Shown: piece after piece, positions 9,411 to 19,383 of the stretch | Numbering within the stretch: the first letter of the stretch is position 1 | How the letters are laid out: every line of letters starts with the position of its first letter | Assembly: GCA_024639065.1 (NCBI GenBank) | Contig: JAHEJC010000001.1 | Span: 1-63,751, forward strand | Origin: Lewinellaceae bacterium | GTDB lineage: Bacteria; Bacteroidota; Bacteroidia; Chitinophagales; Saprospiraceae | Length of the DNA: 63,751 bases | Direction: 5' to 3' | Position numbers and translations under genes: made by a program | Notes under the pieces: model-generated | Told to the model about the DNA's origin: nothing | Database searches by the model: none | The model's input: the letters and a program-made list of their open reading frames with translations, nothing else

Positions 9411-10264
9411 TTCGAAGCATTTTTAAATACTTGTGCCTGTTCACCTAATCTTTCTATGCTTAATTCCACCTCATCTCCATTACTCAAATAAGTTGGTGGA
9501 TCCATACCCAATCCTACACCAGGTGGTGTACCCGTTGAAATTAAATCACCGGCTTCGAGCAGCATATACTGGGAAAGATATTTAATGATATACGAAGGTT
9601 TGAAAATCATTTTGCTTGTATTTCCTGACTGCATAGTTTGGCCATTTACTGCTAAATGCATGTTCAGATCGAGCACATCATCTATTTCATCTGGAGTGAC
9701 CAGATAAGGTCCTACTGGACTAAATCCTGGGCAAGACTTTCCTTTAACCCATTGACCACCCATGTTCAATTGGAACTCACGTTCAGAGACATCATGTACA
9801 ATACAATAACCAGCAATACTATCGAGAGCTTCCTGTTCATTATCCAGATAATTAACATCTCGGCTTAGCACAACACCCAACTCCACTTCCCAATCAGTTT
9901 TTGAACTCCTTTTGGGAATTGCCACCTCATCATAAGGTCCCACCAGTGTATTAGTCGCTTTCATAAAAATAATGGGTTGTTCCGGAATATCCATTCCCGA
10001 TTCGGCGGCATGATCAGAGTAATTCAGCCCAATACACATAATCATTCCCGGTCGAGCAATAGGACTACCCCATCGCTCATCGGCGTCAATTGTCGGCAGG
10101 GTATCACCAGAACGATCCAACAATTTTCTCAATTCAGATAAGCCATTTTGATTAAAAAAGGCTCCACCCCAATCATCAAAATGTACTGAACAATCCTTCC
10201 TACTTCCATTTATAAAAACGCCAGGTCTTTCTTCATTCTTTGCACCAAACCGAATTAATTTCAT
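9407..10264 (-). CDS. Fumarylacetoacetate hydrolase (FAH) family protein
   Basis: 285 aa with typical FAH-fold blocks GLNYSDHA, DWEVELGVVL, ISTGTPPGVG. Confidence 0.88.
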   Translation of the reverse strand: MKLIRFGAKNEERPGVFINGSRKDCSVHFDDWGGAFFNQNGLSELRKLLDRSGDTLPTIDADERWGSPIARPGMIMCIGLNYSDHAAESGMDIPEQPIIFMKATNTLVGPYDEVAIPKRSSKTDWEVELGVVLSRDVNYLDNEQEALDSIAGYCIVHDVSEREFQLNMGGQWVKGKSCPGFSPVGPYLVTPDEIDDVLDLNMHLAVNGQTMQSGNTSKMIFKPSYIIKYLSQYMLLEAGDLISTGTPPGVGLGMDPPTYLSNGDEVELSIERLGEQAQVFKNASK

Positions 10265-10456
10265 AATGAATTATTTTAAGCAAAGTTACGGATTGAATAC
10301 AAATTCGCTTCTATCATGACCTGATTTTATGTCTGAATAAATTTATGTGGGTATATCCATGTTTGGTACGGCTCTCATCTCAATGAATTTTATTATAGGT
10401 AACCTGTAATAAAGTGGCTGATCATACCAGCTTTCAAAACCTTTTTATTGATCTGT

Positions 10457-11551
10457 TTAGAAATGTTGGTTATATATTTCCATAAGTTTCATTTCTTGAT
10501 CTTCCCAGACATACCGGGAGGCATGCTGTTCACAGTTTGACTTCAGGCGGGCATACAGAGTCGGATTTTGAGCAAGGTTAGTTACTATTTCGATGATGTC
10601 CGTAGATTGGCAAGTACCCATTAACAATCCAATTTCGAGTTCATGAATGATTTTAGAATATTCTGGGTAATCCATGTTTAGACTCGGAATACCTGCACTT
10701 AAATAATCAAAAAATTTATTGGATAAGGAAAAATAATAACTTTTGCTTTCACCATCTAATAAGTTATACCCTAGCCAAGCCGTAGGTGTAATCTTTTTTA
10801 ATTCAAGTGGACTGAGAGGTCCTGTGAATTTAACACGGTCGCTTATACTCGACTGTTTGACCAGAGTTTTCAAGGATTCACTAATATCGCCTTCGCCTAT
10901 TAAAATACATTTGAAATCTTTAAGTTCCCGCATAGCTTTTATCAGCGCTTCCAATCCTCGGTCCTTGTTTAATACGCCTTGATAAAGAATGGTCCGATTT
11001 TGAGCATTCTTAAAATTAGGGTTTTCTATATTCCGTTTTGGATAGTTATAAATGGTCTGAAACGAAACCCCATAAGCGCTTTCCATCGCTCGAGCTATGG
11101 AATCGTTTACCGTGTACCTTGCATCGGTTTTAGGTATCAACCCCGAAGCGATTTTACGCCAAAAAGCATAGATCCATTTACGATGAATAATCTCAGGACT
11201 TTCTTCATACCACTCGTGACAGTCGAGTATAAGTGGCTTTTTTTTTAACCATTTCAAGAGGGATGCCGCTAGCAATGTATCCACGTCAACCGCACTGATT
11301 AAATCAAATTTTTTAAATAAACCTTTCCAGAAAAGCCGGTGATTGAGTTCCAAATAAAACCCAATTCCTCGTTTGAAAAACATTTTTAGCGGTGTAAAAT
11401 CAAAGGTTGCTTGAGGCCCCAACACTGAACTACTTTTTCTGGCAAATATTACTTCAACTTGGTAATTATTAGCTACTAGCGTGTTTCCGATTTTCTGAAT
11501 ACGTTGATCATACGCCAACTCATTACTGACAAGCAATAAGATTTTCTTCAT
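10457..11551 (-). CDS. Glycosyltransferase (GT-B fold, family 4-like)
   Basis: 364 aa. The N-terminal half resembles Glyco_trans_4 and the C-terminal half shows a GT1-like pattern (ILIGEGD...LGYNLL). Its ATG overlaps the recQ stop (ATGA). Confidence 0.75.
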   Translation of the reverse strand: MKKILLLVSNELAYDQRIQKIGNTLVANNYQVEVIFARKSSSVLGPQATFDFTPLKMFFKRGIGFYLELNHRLFWKGLFKKFDLISAVDVDTLLAASLLKWLKKKPLILDCHEWYEESPEIIHRKWIYAFWRKIASGLIPKTDARYTVNDSIARAMESAYGVSFQTIYNYPKRNIENPNFKNAQNRTILYQGVLNKDRGLEALIKAMRELKDFKCILIGEGDISESLKTLVKQSSISDRVKFTGPLSPLELKKITPTAWLGYNLLDGESKSYYFSLSNKFFDYLSAGIPSLNMDYPEYSKIIHELEIGLLMGTCQSTDIIEIVTNLAQNPTLYARLKSNCEQHASRYVWEDQEMKLMEIYNQHF

Positions 11552-13443
11552 GATAAATCTAAGGTAATTCTTTTTGCATGGTCGACGGCAATGACTTCTT
11601 CCTTTTCCAACTCCATAATCGCTTTTAGGACATTCGATCGATGTACAAAATCAAACCTGTTTACAAGATCATCTAGTTGAAATGAATTATGTTTTAACAG
11701 TAGCATGATTTGTTCTCGAATCGTGCTTGGTACTTTATTCTGTTCGAGACATATATCGCAATGCCCACAACGCGGGAGTGATTCTTCAAAATATTCGCCA
11801 ATATATTGGTGTCGGCAAGTCTTTAATTGCAAGTACTCAATGACTGATAGAAGTTGTTCTTTTTTAGTTGCCTTTAATTGTTGATATTTGGTTTCATCCA
11901 GTCGTACATCTCTACTATCGATGCGGGTGTTAATAAATCTGATCGTATTGCTTTTCCCAGAAGTTCGATAGGATAAAAAGTCCATTTTTTCAAGTCTGGA
12001 CAATCCAGCCCGGACTTTCGCCATACTGGTGTTTAAATTTTTAGCTATTTGATGTTCTTCAATGGGGGTTTCAATCTGCAAGATTCCTTCATAAAGACGC
12101 AAGAGAGCCTGAAAAATATTTTTCAATATCGGTGGAATCGATTCGAGTTCATTCCAGATGTCCTTTTTGGCGGTTATTAATACGCTGGATTTTTGATAAA
12201 ATGAATCTGAGACATGGATATATTGATGAGCACCTAGATGGTCTATTGCTGATTTAGTAGGCATAAATTTGAGCTGATACTGTTTACAAAATGATGCGAA
12301 GTCAAAGGGAAGAAGTATTTCCCCTGGACTGCCAGCCGCGACTTGGGTATAATGAGCTAAAAGCTTATATATTTTCTGAATATAGTCAACGGATGGAAAT
12401 TGATGTTCGAATTTATTGAACAAGACTTCGGCATCACCTTCATTTGTCATTAAAACACATAATGCATCCAGACCATCCCGACCTGCTCGACCTGCTTCCT
12501 GAACGTAGGCTTCCAGTGTTTCGGGTACATCATAATGTAGGATGAGTCTTACATCCGGTTTATCGATACCCATTCCGAAAGCAGTGGTGGCTACCATACC
12601 TTGAATCGTTCCATTTATCCAATGATCTTGGATCCTTTTGCGGGCCTGATGGTCAACGCCTGCGTGATACGCTTCTGCAGTCATCCCAGCCAGTTTTAGT
12701 TCATCTCTAATCAACACTGTATTTCCCCTACTACGTGTATATATGATGAAAGATTTTTTAGTCTGTAAGGCTATCTTGACGGTATCAAAGAGTTTCTGTT
12801 TTGTAGGTTGAACTTTTAAAAAAAGATTTTTTCGATAAACACTATTTTTAATGATCGTGGCTGATGGCATTTCCAGCCGATGCATAATCTCAGCTTGTAC
12901 TTTACGGGTTGCTGTTCCAGTCAACGCCAAGGTAGTCACATTTGGAAAAATCGATTTGATGGTGGCTATCTGTAAATAGGACGGTCTGAAATCATGACCC
13001 CATTGACTGATACAATGAGCTTCATCGACAGCCAACAATTTAACAGGCAAGTTCATCAATGATTCCTGGAATTTATAAGAAAGAAGTCTTTCGGGAGCCA
13101 AATACAGTAGTTTGATATATCCGCCAATACATTCATCAATGATTAGAGAAGCTTTATTTCGGGGAATGCCTGCATGAAGTGCTGCGGCTTTAATTTTTCT
13201 TTTTTTCAAATCATTTACTTGATCTTCCATTAGTGAAACTAGCGGGCTTATTACTAAAGTCAAGCCAGGAAGCATTAATGCTGGTAACTGATAACATATG
13301 GACTTACCTCCCCCCGTCGGTAAAACCGCCAAACAATTATTCCCAGACATTATTTTTCCAATGATTTCCACCTGATTGGGCCTAAAATTAGGGTACCCCC
13401 AATACTGTCTGAGCAAAGAATGATATGAACTTTTTTCTGCCAA
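11548..13443 (-). CDS. recQ: RecQ family ATP-dependent DNA helicase
   Basis: 631 aa with LPTGGGKSICYQLPA, DEAHCISQWGHDFRPSY, LTGTAT and FGMGIDKPDVRLILHYD, plus a C-terminal Zn/winged-helix region with the CRH...CGHCDIC cysteines. Confidence 0.92.
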   Translation of the reverse strand: MAEKSSYHSLLRQYWGYPNFRPNQVEIIGKIMSGNNCLAVLPTGGGKSICYQLPALMLPGLTLVISPLVSLMEDQVNDLKKRKIKAAALHAGIPRNKASLIIDECIGGYIKLLYLAPERLLSYKFQESLMNLPVKLLAVDEAHCISQWGHDFRPSYLQIATIKSIFPNVTTLALTGTATRKVQAEIMHRLEMPSATIIKNSVYRKNLFLKVQPTKQKLFDTVKIALQTKKSFIIYTRSRGNTVLIRDELKLAGMTAEAYHAGVDHQARKRIQDHWINGTIQGMVATTAFGMGIDKPDVRLILHYDVPETLEAYVQEAGRAGRDGLDALCVLMTNEGDAEVLFNKFEHQFPSVDYIQKIYKLLAHYTQVAAGSPGEILLPFDFASFCKQYQLKFMPTKSAIDHLGAHQYIHVSDSFYQKSSVLITAKKDIWNELESIPPILKNIFQALLRLYEGILQIETPIEEHQIAKNLNTSMAKVRAGLSRLEKMDFLSYRTSGKSNTIRFINTRIDSRDVRLDETKYQQLKATKKEQLLSVIEYLQLKTCRHQYIGEYFEESLPRCGHCDICLEQNKVPSTIREQIMLLLKHNSFQLDDLVNRFDFVHRSNVLKAIMELEKEEVIAVDHAKRITLDLS

Positions 13444-13477
13444 TTTTATTTATGAAAATATTAACGGTGATTAAATG

Positions 13478-13485
13478 CAAAAATA
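13478..13485 (-). promoter_or_regulatory. Bacteroidota -7 promoter motif TATTTTTG upstream of recQ
   Basis: Plus-strand caaaaata is TATTTTTG on the minus strand and matches TAnnTTTG. It lies 35 nt upstream of the recQ ATG. Confidence 0.35.
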
Positions 13486-13625
13486 ATCATCTTTGGCGCT
13501 TTGTTTGCATTAGAGCATTAGGATCTAATTCTATATCATTTAAATCCAGATACTCAAACTGAATTTTTATGTTTTCTTTAAAAAATATTTTATTCGCTAC
13601 TTTTTTTCGTCATACAATTAAATTT

Positions 13626-15326
13626 ATGAAATCAATAAAATTATTCATTTTCCTCGCATTAACTCCAATAATAGCCTTTACCCAACTAGATTTTGATTTA
13701 AATAATTGGCAACACCTAGATCCAGTTTCCGATAACATAAATGGTGTATCCTCACGTAAAATGTACAGTCTTTTGGATGGTAAAAAACCTTCAACGGTAG
13801 TCGTGGCGGTTATTGACTCTGGTGTCGATATAAATCACGAAGATTTAAAAGAAAAAATCTGGATCAACACCGACGAAATCCCAGACAATGGAAAAGACGA
13901 TGATGGCAATGGTTACATTGATGATATGTCTGGTTGGAATTTTATTGGTGGGAAAAGCGGAGAACCCGTGATCTATGACAATTTAGAAATTACCCGATTG
14001 TATAAAGAGGATAAAGCAATGTTTGAGGGTATCAATCCGACAGAACTTAAGGGTAAAGCCAAAGCGGCTTATGAAATCTACTTGCAACGTAAAGATAAAA
14101 TCGAGAAAGAAGTAAAGTCAGCTGAAAAAAATTATGAAGAAACCGTAAAGTATGAATATATCATAAACACCTCCCTCACTGCATTAAAAGATGCTCTAGG
14201 TGACCAATCTCTATCCAGAGAAACGGTGGCAAAAATAAACGATGAGGGCAATGTAAGCTTGACGATTGCTAAACAAATTATTGATCAGGTATTAAACGAA
14301 AGCAACGAAAAAATCACCATCGATGAGCTGATGGAAAATTTTGCTGAAGACATTGTAGAGCAAAAAGAATATTTTCAGACTAAATACAAATATCATTATA
14401 ATGCGGATTACGATCCTCGGGATATTGTTGGTGATAAATACCGCGATGTAACGCAAAGAAATTATGGAAATAACCAGGTTTATGGACCCAAATCAGATCA
14501 TGGCACCCATGTCGCTGGTATCATTGCCGCTCAAAGAGGTAACAACATTGGCATGAATGGGATTGCAGAACATGTACGCATTATGCCTATTCGCGCAGTC
14601 CCCGAAGGGGATGAGAGAGATAAAGATATTATTAATTCAATTTACTATGCCGTAAATAATGGAGCTTCTGTAATCAATATGAGTTTTGGTAAAGGAGATT
14701 CTCCATATAAAGAAGAAGTCGATAAAGCCTTAAAGTATGCCGCCAAGAATGACGTTTTGGTTATACATGCTGCAGGAAATGCAGCTATGGACAATGATTT
14801 AGGCAAAAACTTTCCCAATGATAAATTCAAGAAAAAAGGATTGTTTGCACCCAGGTATGCTAAGAACTGGTTGGAAATAGGCGCTTTATCCTTTCAAAAG
14901 AATGCCGAAAGTGTAGCTCCATTTTCTAATTATGGAAAAACTCAAGTAGATGTTTTTGCACCAGGTATGAGTATTTATTCTACGATTCCCGAAAATGCAT
15001 ATAAACATCTGGATGGTACCAGCATGGCAGCTCCTGTGGTGAGTGGGGTTGCTGCAGTTATACGATCGTACTTTCCGGATTTGACAGCACCTCAAGTAAA
15101 AGAAATATTATTAAATTCTTCTGAAAAAATTAATGAGCAGGTCATTAAACCCGGAACCAATGAAACCGTTGCCTTTTCCGACTTATCAGTAAGTGGTGGA
15201 GCAGTTAATGCTTATAAAGCTTTCCAACTCGCCAGCACTACTAAAGGAAAGAAAAAGAGATCAAAAAATTCTATGGGTGTTAGTGGTTCCACTCGTTCAA
15301 AACAAGCCAAAGAGATAAGAACTTAA
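13626..15326 (+). CDS. S8 family serine peptidase (subtilisin-like), secreted
   Basis: Catalytic triad contexts VAVIDSGVD, HGTHVAGIIAA, GTSMAAPVVSG. I prefer the ATG at 13626 (MKSIKLFIFLALTPIIAF signal peptide) over the ORF-track start at 13569. Confidence 0.9.
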   Translation: MKSIKLFIFLALTPIIAFTQLDFDLNNWQHLDPVSDNINGVSSRKMYSLLDGKKPSTVVVAVIDSGVDINHEDLKEKIWINTDEIPDNGKDDDGNGYIDDMSGWNFIGGKSGEPVIYDNLEITRLYKEDKAMFEGINPTELKGKAKAAYEIYLQRKDKIEKEVKSAEKNYEETVKYEYIINTSLTALKDALGDQSLSRETVAKINDEGNVSLTIAKQIIDQVLNESNEKITIDELMENFAEDIVEQKEYFQTKYKYHYNADYDPRDIVGDKYRDVTQRNYGNNQVYGPKSDHGTHVAGIIAAQRGNNIGMNGIAEHVRIMPIRAVPEGDERDKDIINSIYYAVNNGASVINMSFGKGDSPYKEEVDKALKYAAKNDVLVIHAAGNAAMDNDLGKNFPNDKFKKKGLFAPRYAKNWLEIGALSFQKNAESVAPFSNYGKTQVDVFAPGMSIYSTIPENAYKHLDGTSMAAPVVSGVAAVIRSYFPDLTAPQVKEILLNSSEKINEQVIKPGTNETVAFSDLSVSGGAVNAYKAFQLASTTKGKKKRSKNSMGVSGSTRSKQAKEIRT

Positions 15327-15472
15327 TAGAATTTTAACGCTACCTGGCCAACTGGCCGAAAAGGTGCATGTTTAATTCATGATGACTGAAGTATAAAGAA
15401 GCCACTACCTTATATATTGCTCAACAAGGCTGTGCTGGCTAACCAACCACTTAATTGAATAAAATGTCAACA

Positions 15473-15500
15473 TGCCAATACGCTAACTTGCCAATACGCT
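15473..15500. repeat. Direct repeat tgccaatacgct x2 (16-nt period), followed by the palindrome attagcaa-t-ttgctaat
   Basis: Read directly in the convergent intergenic region 15327-15520. A related word occurs on the other strand at 63416-63430. Confidence 0.6.
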
Positions 15501-15520
15501 TATTAGCAATTTGCTAATAG

Positions 15521-16417
15521 CTAGTATTTACGGCGGCTTGTATCCGGTTTAGTTAATCTGAGTCGTTCTTCCGTAAGCGGAACCTCGTGCGGTGGTTTAG
15601 CACTAACTTGATCAAAAATTTTCTCTTGGAAAACCCAATTATCATCAATATATTTGAATCCACTATAAGAACCATCTGGTACATAGGCTGATTGAGATCC
15701 TTCTCTTAAAATCAGATGATCAAATACAACCATACCCAAATCATCATCAAAATTGAGTCTTACATTTGCGTCGCCAGTGAATTCGAGTAAAAAGCGGTGT
15801 TTCAGATGCTCATCATATTTGAAGACGGGAGCACCAAAAAATGGATTTCCATCTTCATCAAAATATAAGACATCTAATATTTTTTTACGATTGTAATAAT
15901 CATGCATATCGTAGCCAAATAATAAATAGTGTGGTTTATTATTAAAAAAGAAAGGTAGAATTTTATAATAAACCGACCCGTACCAATTATCGTTGGTTAC
16001 CCGTTCTTGTTCAGGATTTTTCATTTTAAACGATCGATCAATTAGCGGGAATAATTTCAACGTGGTATCATTCATTTGAATAGCCCCATAATATCGGTAG
16101 TCTCCTTCTGCTACCTCCAACTGCCAGGTGAAAATTCTAAATTGTTCATCACCAGAATGAAGAATGGAAATATTTTCAAAATACTCAAAGGGATAATCAT
16201 AGGATCCTGGTTCTTTTAACGTTTTGACCAGGTGTTTAATAAATAATTCACAATAGGCTAATCTTTCTTCTTGGTTATCGCTAACGATACCGTCTGCCAA
16301 TACCTCCAAGGTATCTTCATGGATTCTAAAAGTTTCAAGCTTCGCAGTATCTATTTGACCAAAAACAGCTGTAAGCTCTACCAGAAATAGACCAATAACA
16401 CAAAAAACTAACTTCAT
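15521..16417 (-). CDS. Hypothetical secreted protein
   Basis: Long ORF with a signal-like N-terminus if started at the ATG at 16417 (MKLVFCVIGLFLVELTAVFGQ). I recognise no motif. Confidence 0.6.
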   Translation of the reverse strand: MKLVFCVIGLFLVELTAVFGQIDTAKLETFRIHEDTLEVLADGIVSDNQEERLAYCELFIKHLVKTLKEPGSYDYPFEYFENISILHSGDEQFRIFTWQLEVAEGDYRYYGAIQMNDTTLKLFPLIDRSFKMKNPEQERVTNDNWYGSVYYKILPFFFNNKPHYLLFGYDMHDYYNRKKILDVLYFDEDGNPFFGAPVFKYDEHLKHRFLLEFTGDANVRLNFDDDLGMVVFDHLILREGSQSAYVPDGSYSGFKYIDDNWVFQEKIFDQVSAKPPHEVPLTEERLRLTKPDTSRRKY

Positions 16418-16548
16418 TGGCAAAGAGTTATCTAAGCACATAGTACTAGAATATATTATACGTAACGATTTAATCATTACACAAAGTGTACCGCTATTTT
16501 GTGAGACAAATAGAATTCGTTATAAGTTCCGTTAAGTAGACGAGTAGA

Positions 16549-17484
16549 TTAGCCTAAATCCATTTTTTTATAAGTATTTATGACTTCTTTAACATGATCG
16601 GCTGAGTCATGTAATAGTTTGAGTTCACTATCATCCAATTTCAACTCGATAATTTTTTCAATACCATTTTTGCCTAATTTGACTGGCACACCAAGGTAAA
16701 TATCATCTAACCCATATTCACCGGATAAGTAGGCGCAACAAGGAAAAATACGATTTTCATTTTTCAGAATGGTCTCGACCATTTGAGCAGCGGCAGCTCC
16801 TGGAGCATACCAGGCAGAAGTTCCCATCAATTTTACCAATTCTCCGCCACCGACTTTAGTCCGCTGCACAATTTTATTTAAAGCCTCATCATCAATAAAA
16901 TCGGAAATCGGAATTCCTGAAACTGTTGTAAACCTGGGTAAAGGAACCATGGTGTCTCCATGACCACCTAATAATGTAGCTTGAATATCTCTGGGACTAA
17001 TGCCAATCTCAGTGGCCAGAAATGCTCTATAACGCGCTGTATCTAATATCCCTGCCATCCCAAAGACTTTGCTGGACGGTAAGCCTGAGGTCTTATAAGC
17101 TGCAAAACTCATCACGTCCAACGGATTGGAAACGACAATGATGATAGGACTTTCCGAGTGTTCTAAGATGGACTGAGTAACTGATTTTACAATTTTTGCA
17201 TTGGTGGAAATTAGATCATCCCTACTCATTCCAGGCTTTCGAGGAATTCCTGCCGTTATGACCACGATATCGGAATTAGCCGTTTCCTGGTAGTCCTCCG
17301 TTCCCTTTACATAAGTACTATATTCATCAATTGAAGCTTGTTGCCAGGTGTCCAATGCCTTTCCTCTGGCTAAATCACCCTGGATATCCAATAAGATGAT
17401 TTCATTGGTAATATTTTTATGCGCCAATACATTTGCGCAAGTTGCGCCGACATTACCAGCGCCTACAATGGTTACTTTTCCCAT
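16549..17484 (-). CDS. mdh: Malate dehydrogenase (LDH-like type)
   Basis: 311 aa with VGAGNVG, ITAGIPRKPGMSRDDL (the Arg is typical of MDH specificity) and GGHGDTMVP. Confidence 0.93.
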   Translation of the reverse strand: MGKVTIVGAGNVGATCANVLAHKNITNEIILLDIQGDLARGKALDTWQQASIDEYSTYVKGTEDYQETANSDIVVITAGIPRKPGMSRDDLISTNAKIVKSVTQSILEHSESPIIIVVSNPLDVMSFAAYKTSGLPSSKVFGMAGILDTARYRAFLATEIGISPRDIQATLLGGHGDTMVPLPRFTTVSGIPISDFIDDEALNKIVQRTKVGGGELVKLMGTSAWYAPGAAAAQMVETILKNENRIFPCCAYLSGEYGLDDIYLGVPVKLGKNGIEKIIELKLDDSELKLLHDSADHVKEVINTYKKMDLG

Positions 17485-17522
17485 AAAGTTATTCTATTAG
17501 ATTTGTGTCATAATAAGTACTA

Positions 17523-17530
17523 CAAAAGTA
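17523..17530 (-). promoter_or_regulatory. -7 promoter motif TACTTTTG upstream of mdh
   Basis: Plus-strand caaaagta is TACTTTTG on the minus strand, 39 nt upstream of the mdh ATG. Confidence 0.4.
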
Positions 17531-17607
17531 GACAATTTCATAACAGCAACAGAATAATAACACCCATTTTTGACGTTTATCTTAAAGCAATATGAAACAA
17601 AAATGTG

Positions 17608-17615
17608 TATTTTTG
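17608..17615 (+). promoter_or_regulatory. -7 promoter motif TATTTTTG upstream of the metalloprotease gene
   Basis: Matches TAnnTTTG, 55 nt upstream of the ATG at 17671. Confidence 0.35.
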
Positions 17616-17670
17616 TTGTTAGTATAAGATTAAGAAGAAAACTACATCATTTGAATTTAGAATCAACAGT

Positions 17671-19218
17671 ATGTTAAGAACTAGATTAACATTCAGGACC
17701 TTACTTGTTTTAGGCCTATTAATTTTCGTGGTTAGTGCAGGGCTTAATAGCCAGCAAACACCTTTCTGTGGAACGTCAAACTTAGAAGATATTAAGCAGC
17801 AGATGATTGAAAATCGAGTGGAAATTCCTCGAGTAAGACTTCGCAATGCAATTACCTATGTACCTTTAAAAGCTCATATTATGGGTAATTCTGAGGGCAA
17901 TGGCAAACTCTCTGAAGATGATTTATTGGATATGCTTTGTAAGCTGAATGAAAACTTTAGTGAACTGGATATACAATTCTATTTCAAGGATGGTTTCAAT
18001 TACATCAACAATACATTTCTGTATGATAATACAGATCCTGGAAATTCTATTTTCAGGGCTGAAATGAGAGCCATAAAAAACAAACATAAGGCGATCAATG
18101 TATTTTTCAAAGGTGATGTAGGAGAAGCTGGTGTTTTAGGTTATTATATGCCGAGTCCAGGATTTAATGATTTCATCGTGGTAAAAAACTCAGTGGCGAA
18201 GGATAAAAGAGTTGTTACCCATGAAATAGGTCACTTCTTCAGTCTATTGCATCCATTTCACGGCTGGGATGAAGATCCATGGGATGCTTCAAAGCATGGT
18301 AATCCAGTAGGTAGATTGGCGCCAGATAATCTGACCGTAAATGAATATGCTGATGGATCTAATTGTGATGAAGAGTTGGATGCTAGTGAAAATAATGTAG
18401 GCGATGGAATATGTGATACCCCGGCTGATTATAACTTTTTGAGCAACACCTGTAATTATTCTGCAAATGCTATGGACCCGGTTAATAAATTGGTAGAACC
18501 TCAGGTCAATAATTACATGAATTATTTCAGTGGATGTGATCAATACGTATTTACCCCGGGTCAACAAAAGGAGATGATGCGGAGCCTATTGAGTTCTACG
18601 AGAGCTGATTTATTTTCTAATTATCAACCGAATATTTCGATCATTGAAGAGACCGCTACCTTATTAGAACCTATTGAAAGCGAGATAGTAAATACAGCCA
18701 ATGAAGCTACTTTGCGCTGGACTGCAGTTGAAAATGCAGAATGGTATCTCGTTCAAATTGATCGTGCGCCTACTTTGGATTTTGATGTAAGATCCTTTGT
18801 GACCAATGATGTAGAGATAATAATCGATGGTTTGGATGAAGAGCGCAACTATTTCTGGAAGGTAATTCCTTACAATGAATACTATACTTGTGCAAGTCCC
18901 AGCAAAGTAGAGCGATTCAAAACGAGCACGACCACGGCTGTTCAAGAAATTCCATCGATAAATTATTTCAACGTTTATCCAACTTTACTGAACAATAAGC
19001 GCTTGGTAACCATAGATATACAGTCAGAATCTCCATTTGATGCACTTATCAGTGTTTTTAATTATCAAGGGAAACTTCTCCAACCAAGTCAAAAATGGCT
19101 GTTAAGAACAGGGGCAAATCGCGAATCCATTGATTTCATCAAATACGCTCCCGGTTTATATTTAGTTCAAATCGCCACGGTAGAAGGAAATATCACCACA
19201 AAAATTTTAGTGCAATAG
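17671..19218 (+). CDS. Secreted zinc metalloprotease (metzincin, M43/pappalysin-like) with a T9SS C-terminal sorting domain
   Basis: 515 aa with a signal peptide and HEIGHFFSLLHPF (HExxHxxxxxH). The C-terminal roughly 80 aa (VYPTLLNNKRLVTIDIQ...GLYLVQIATVEGNITTKILVQ) are CTD-like. Confidence 0.8.
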   Translation: MLRTRLTFRTLLVLGLLIFVVSAGLNSQQTPFCGTSNLEDIKQQMIENRVEIPRVRLRNAITYVPLKAHIMGNSEGNGKLSEDDLLDMLCKLNENFSELDIQFYFKDGFNYINNTFLYDNTDPGNSIFRAEMRAIKNKHKAINVFFKGDVGEAGVLGYYMPSPGFNDFIVVKNSVAKDKRVVTHEIGHFFSLLHPFHGWDEDPWDASKHGNPVGRLAPDNLTVNEYADGSNCDEELDASENNVGDGICDTPADYNFLSNTCNYSANAMDPVNKLVEPQVNNYMNYFSGCDQYVFTPGQQKEMMRSLLSSTRADLFSNYQPNISIIEETATLLEPIESEIVNTANEATLRWTAVENAEWYLVQIDRAPTLDFDVRSFVTNDVEIIIDGLDEERNYFWKVIPYNEYYTCASPSKVERFKTSTTTAVQEIPSINYFNVYPTLLNNKRLVTIDIQSESPFDALISVFNYQGKLLQPSQKWLLRTGANRESIDFIKYAPGLYLVQIATVEGNITTKILVQ

Positions 19219-19383
19219 CTCATTCAAATTGCCAATTGAAATCGATTAATTAGAATCCACAAATTTATACCTAGAAGAATCATCAAACATGAATCCTTCC
19301 TGAGACCGAATTGATTTTAGCGAATTTAGAAATTGTCACATTAAATAGTATTTTTATGGCATCTAAAAAACACAGCATCGATT

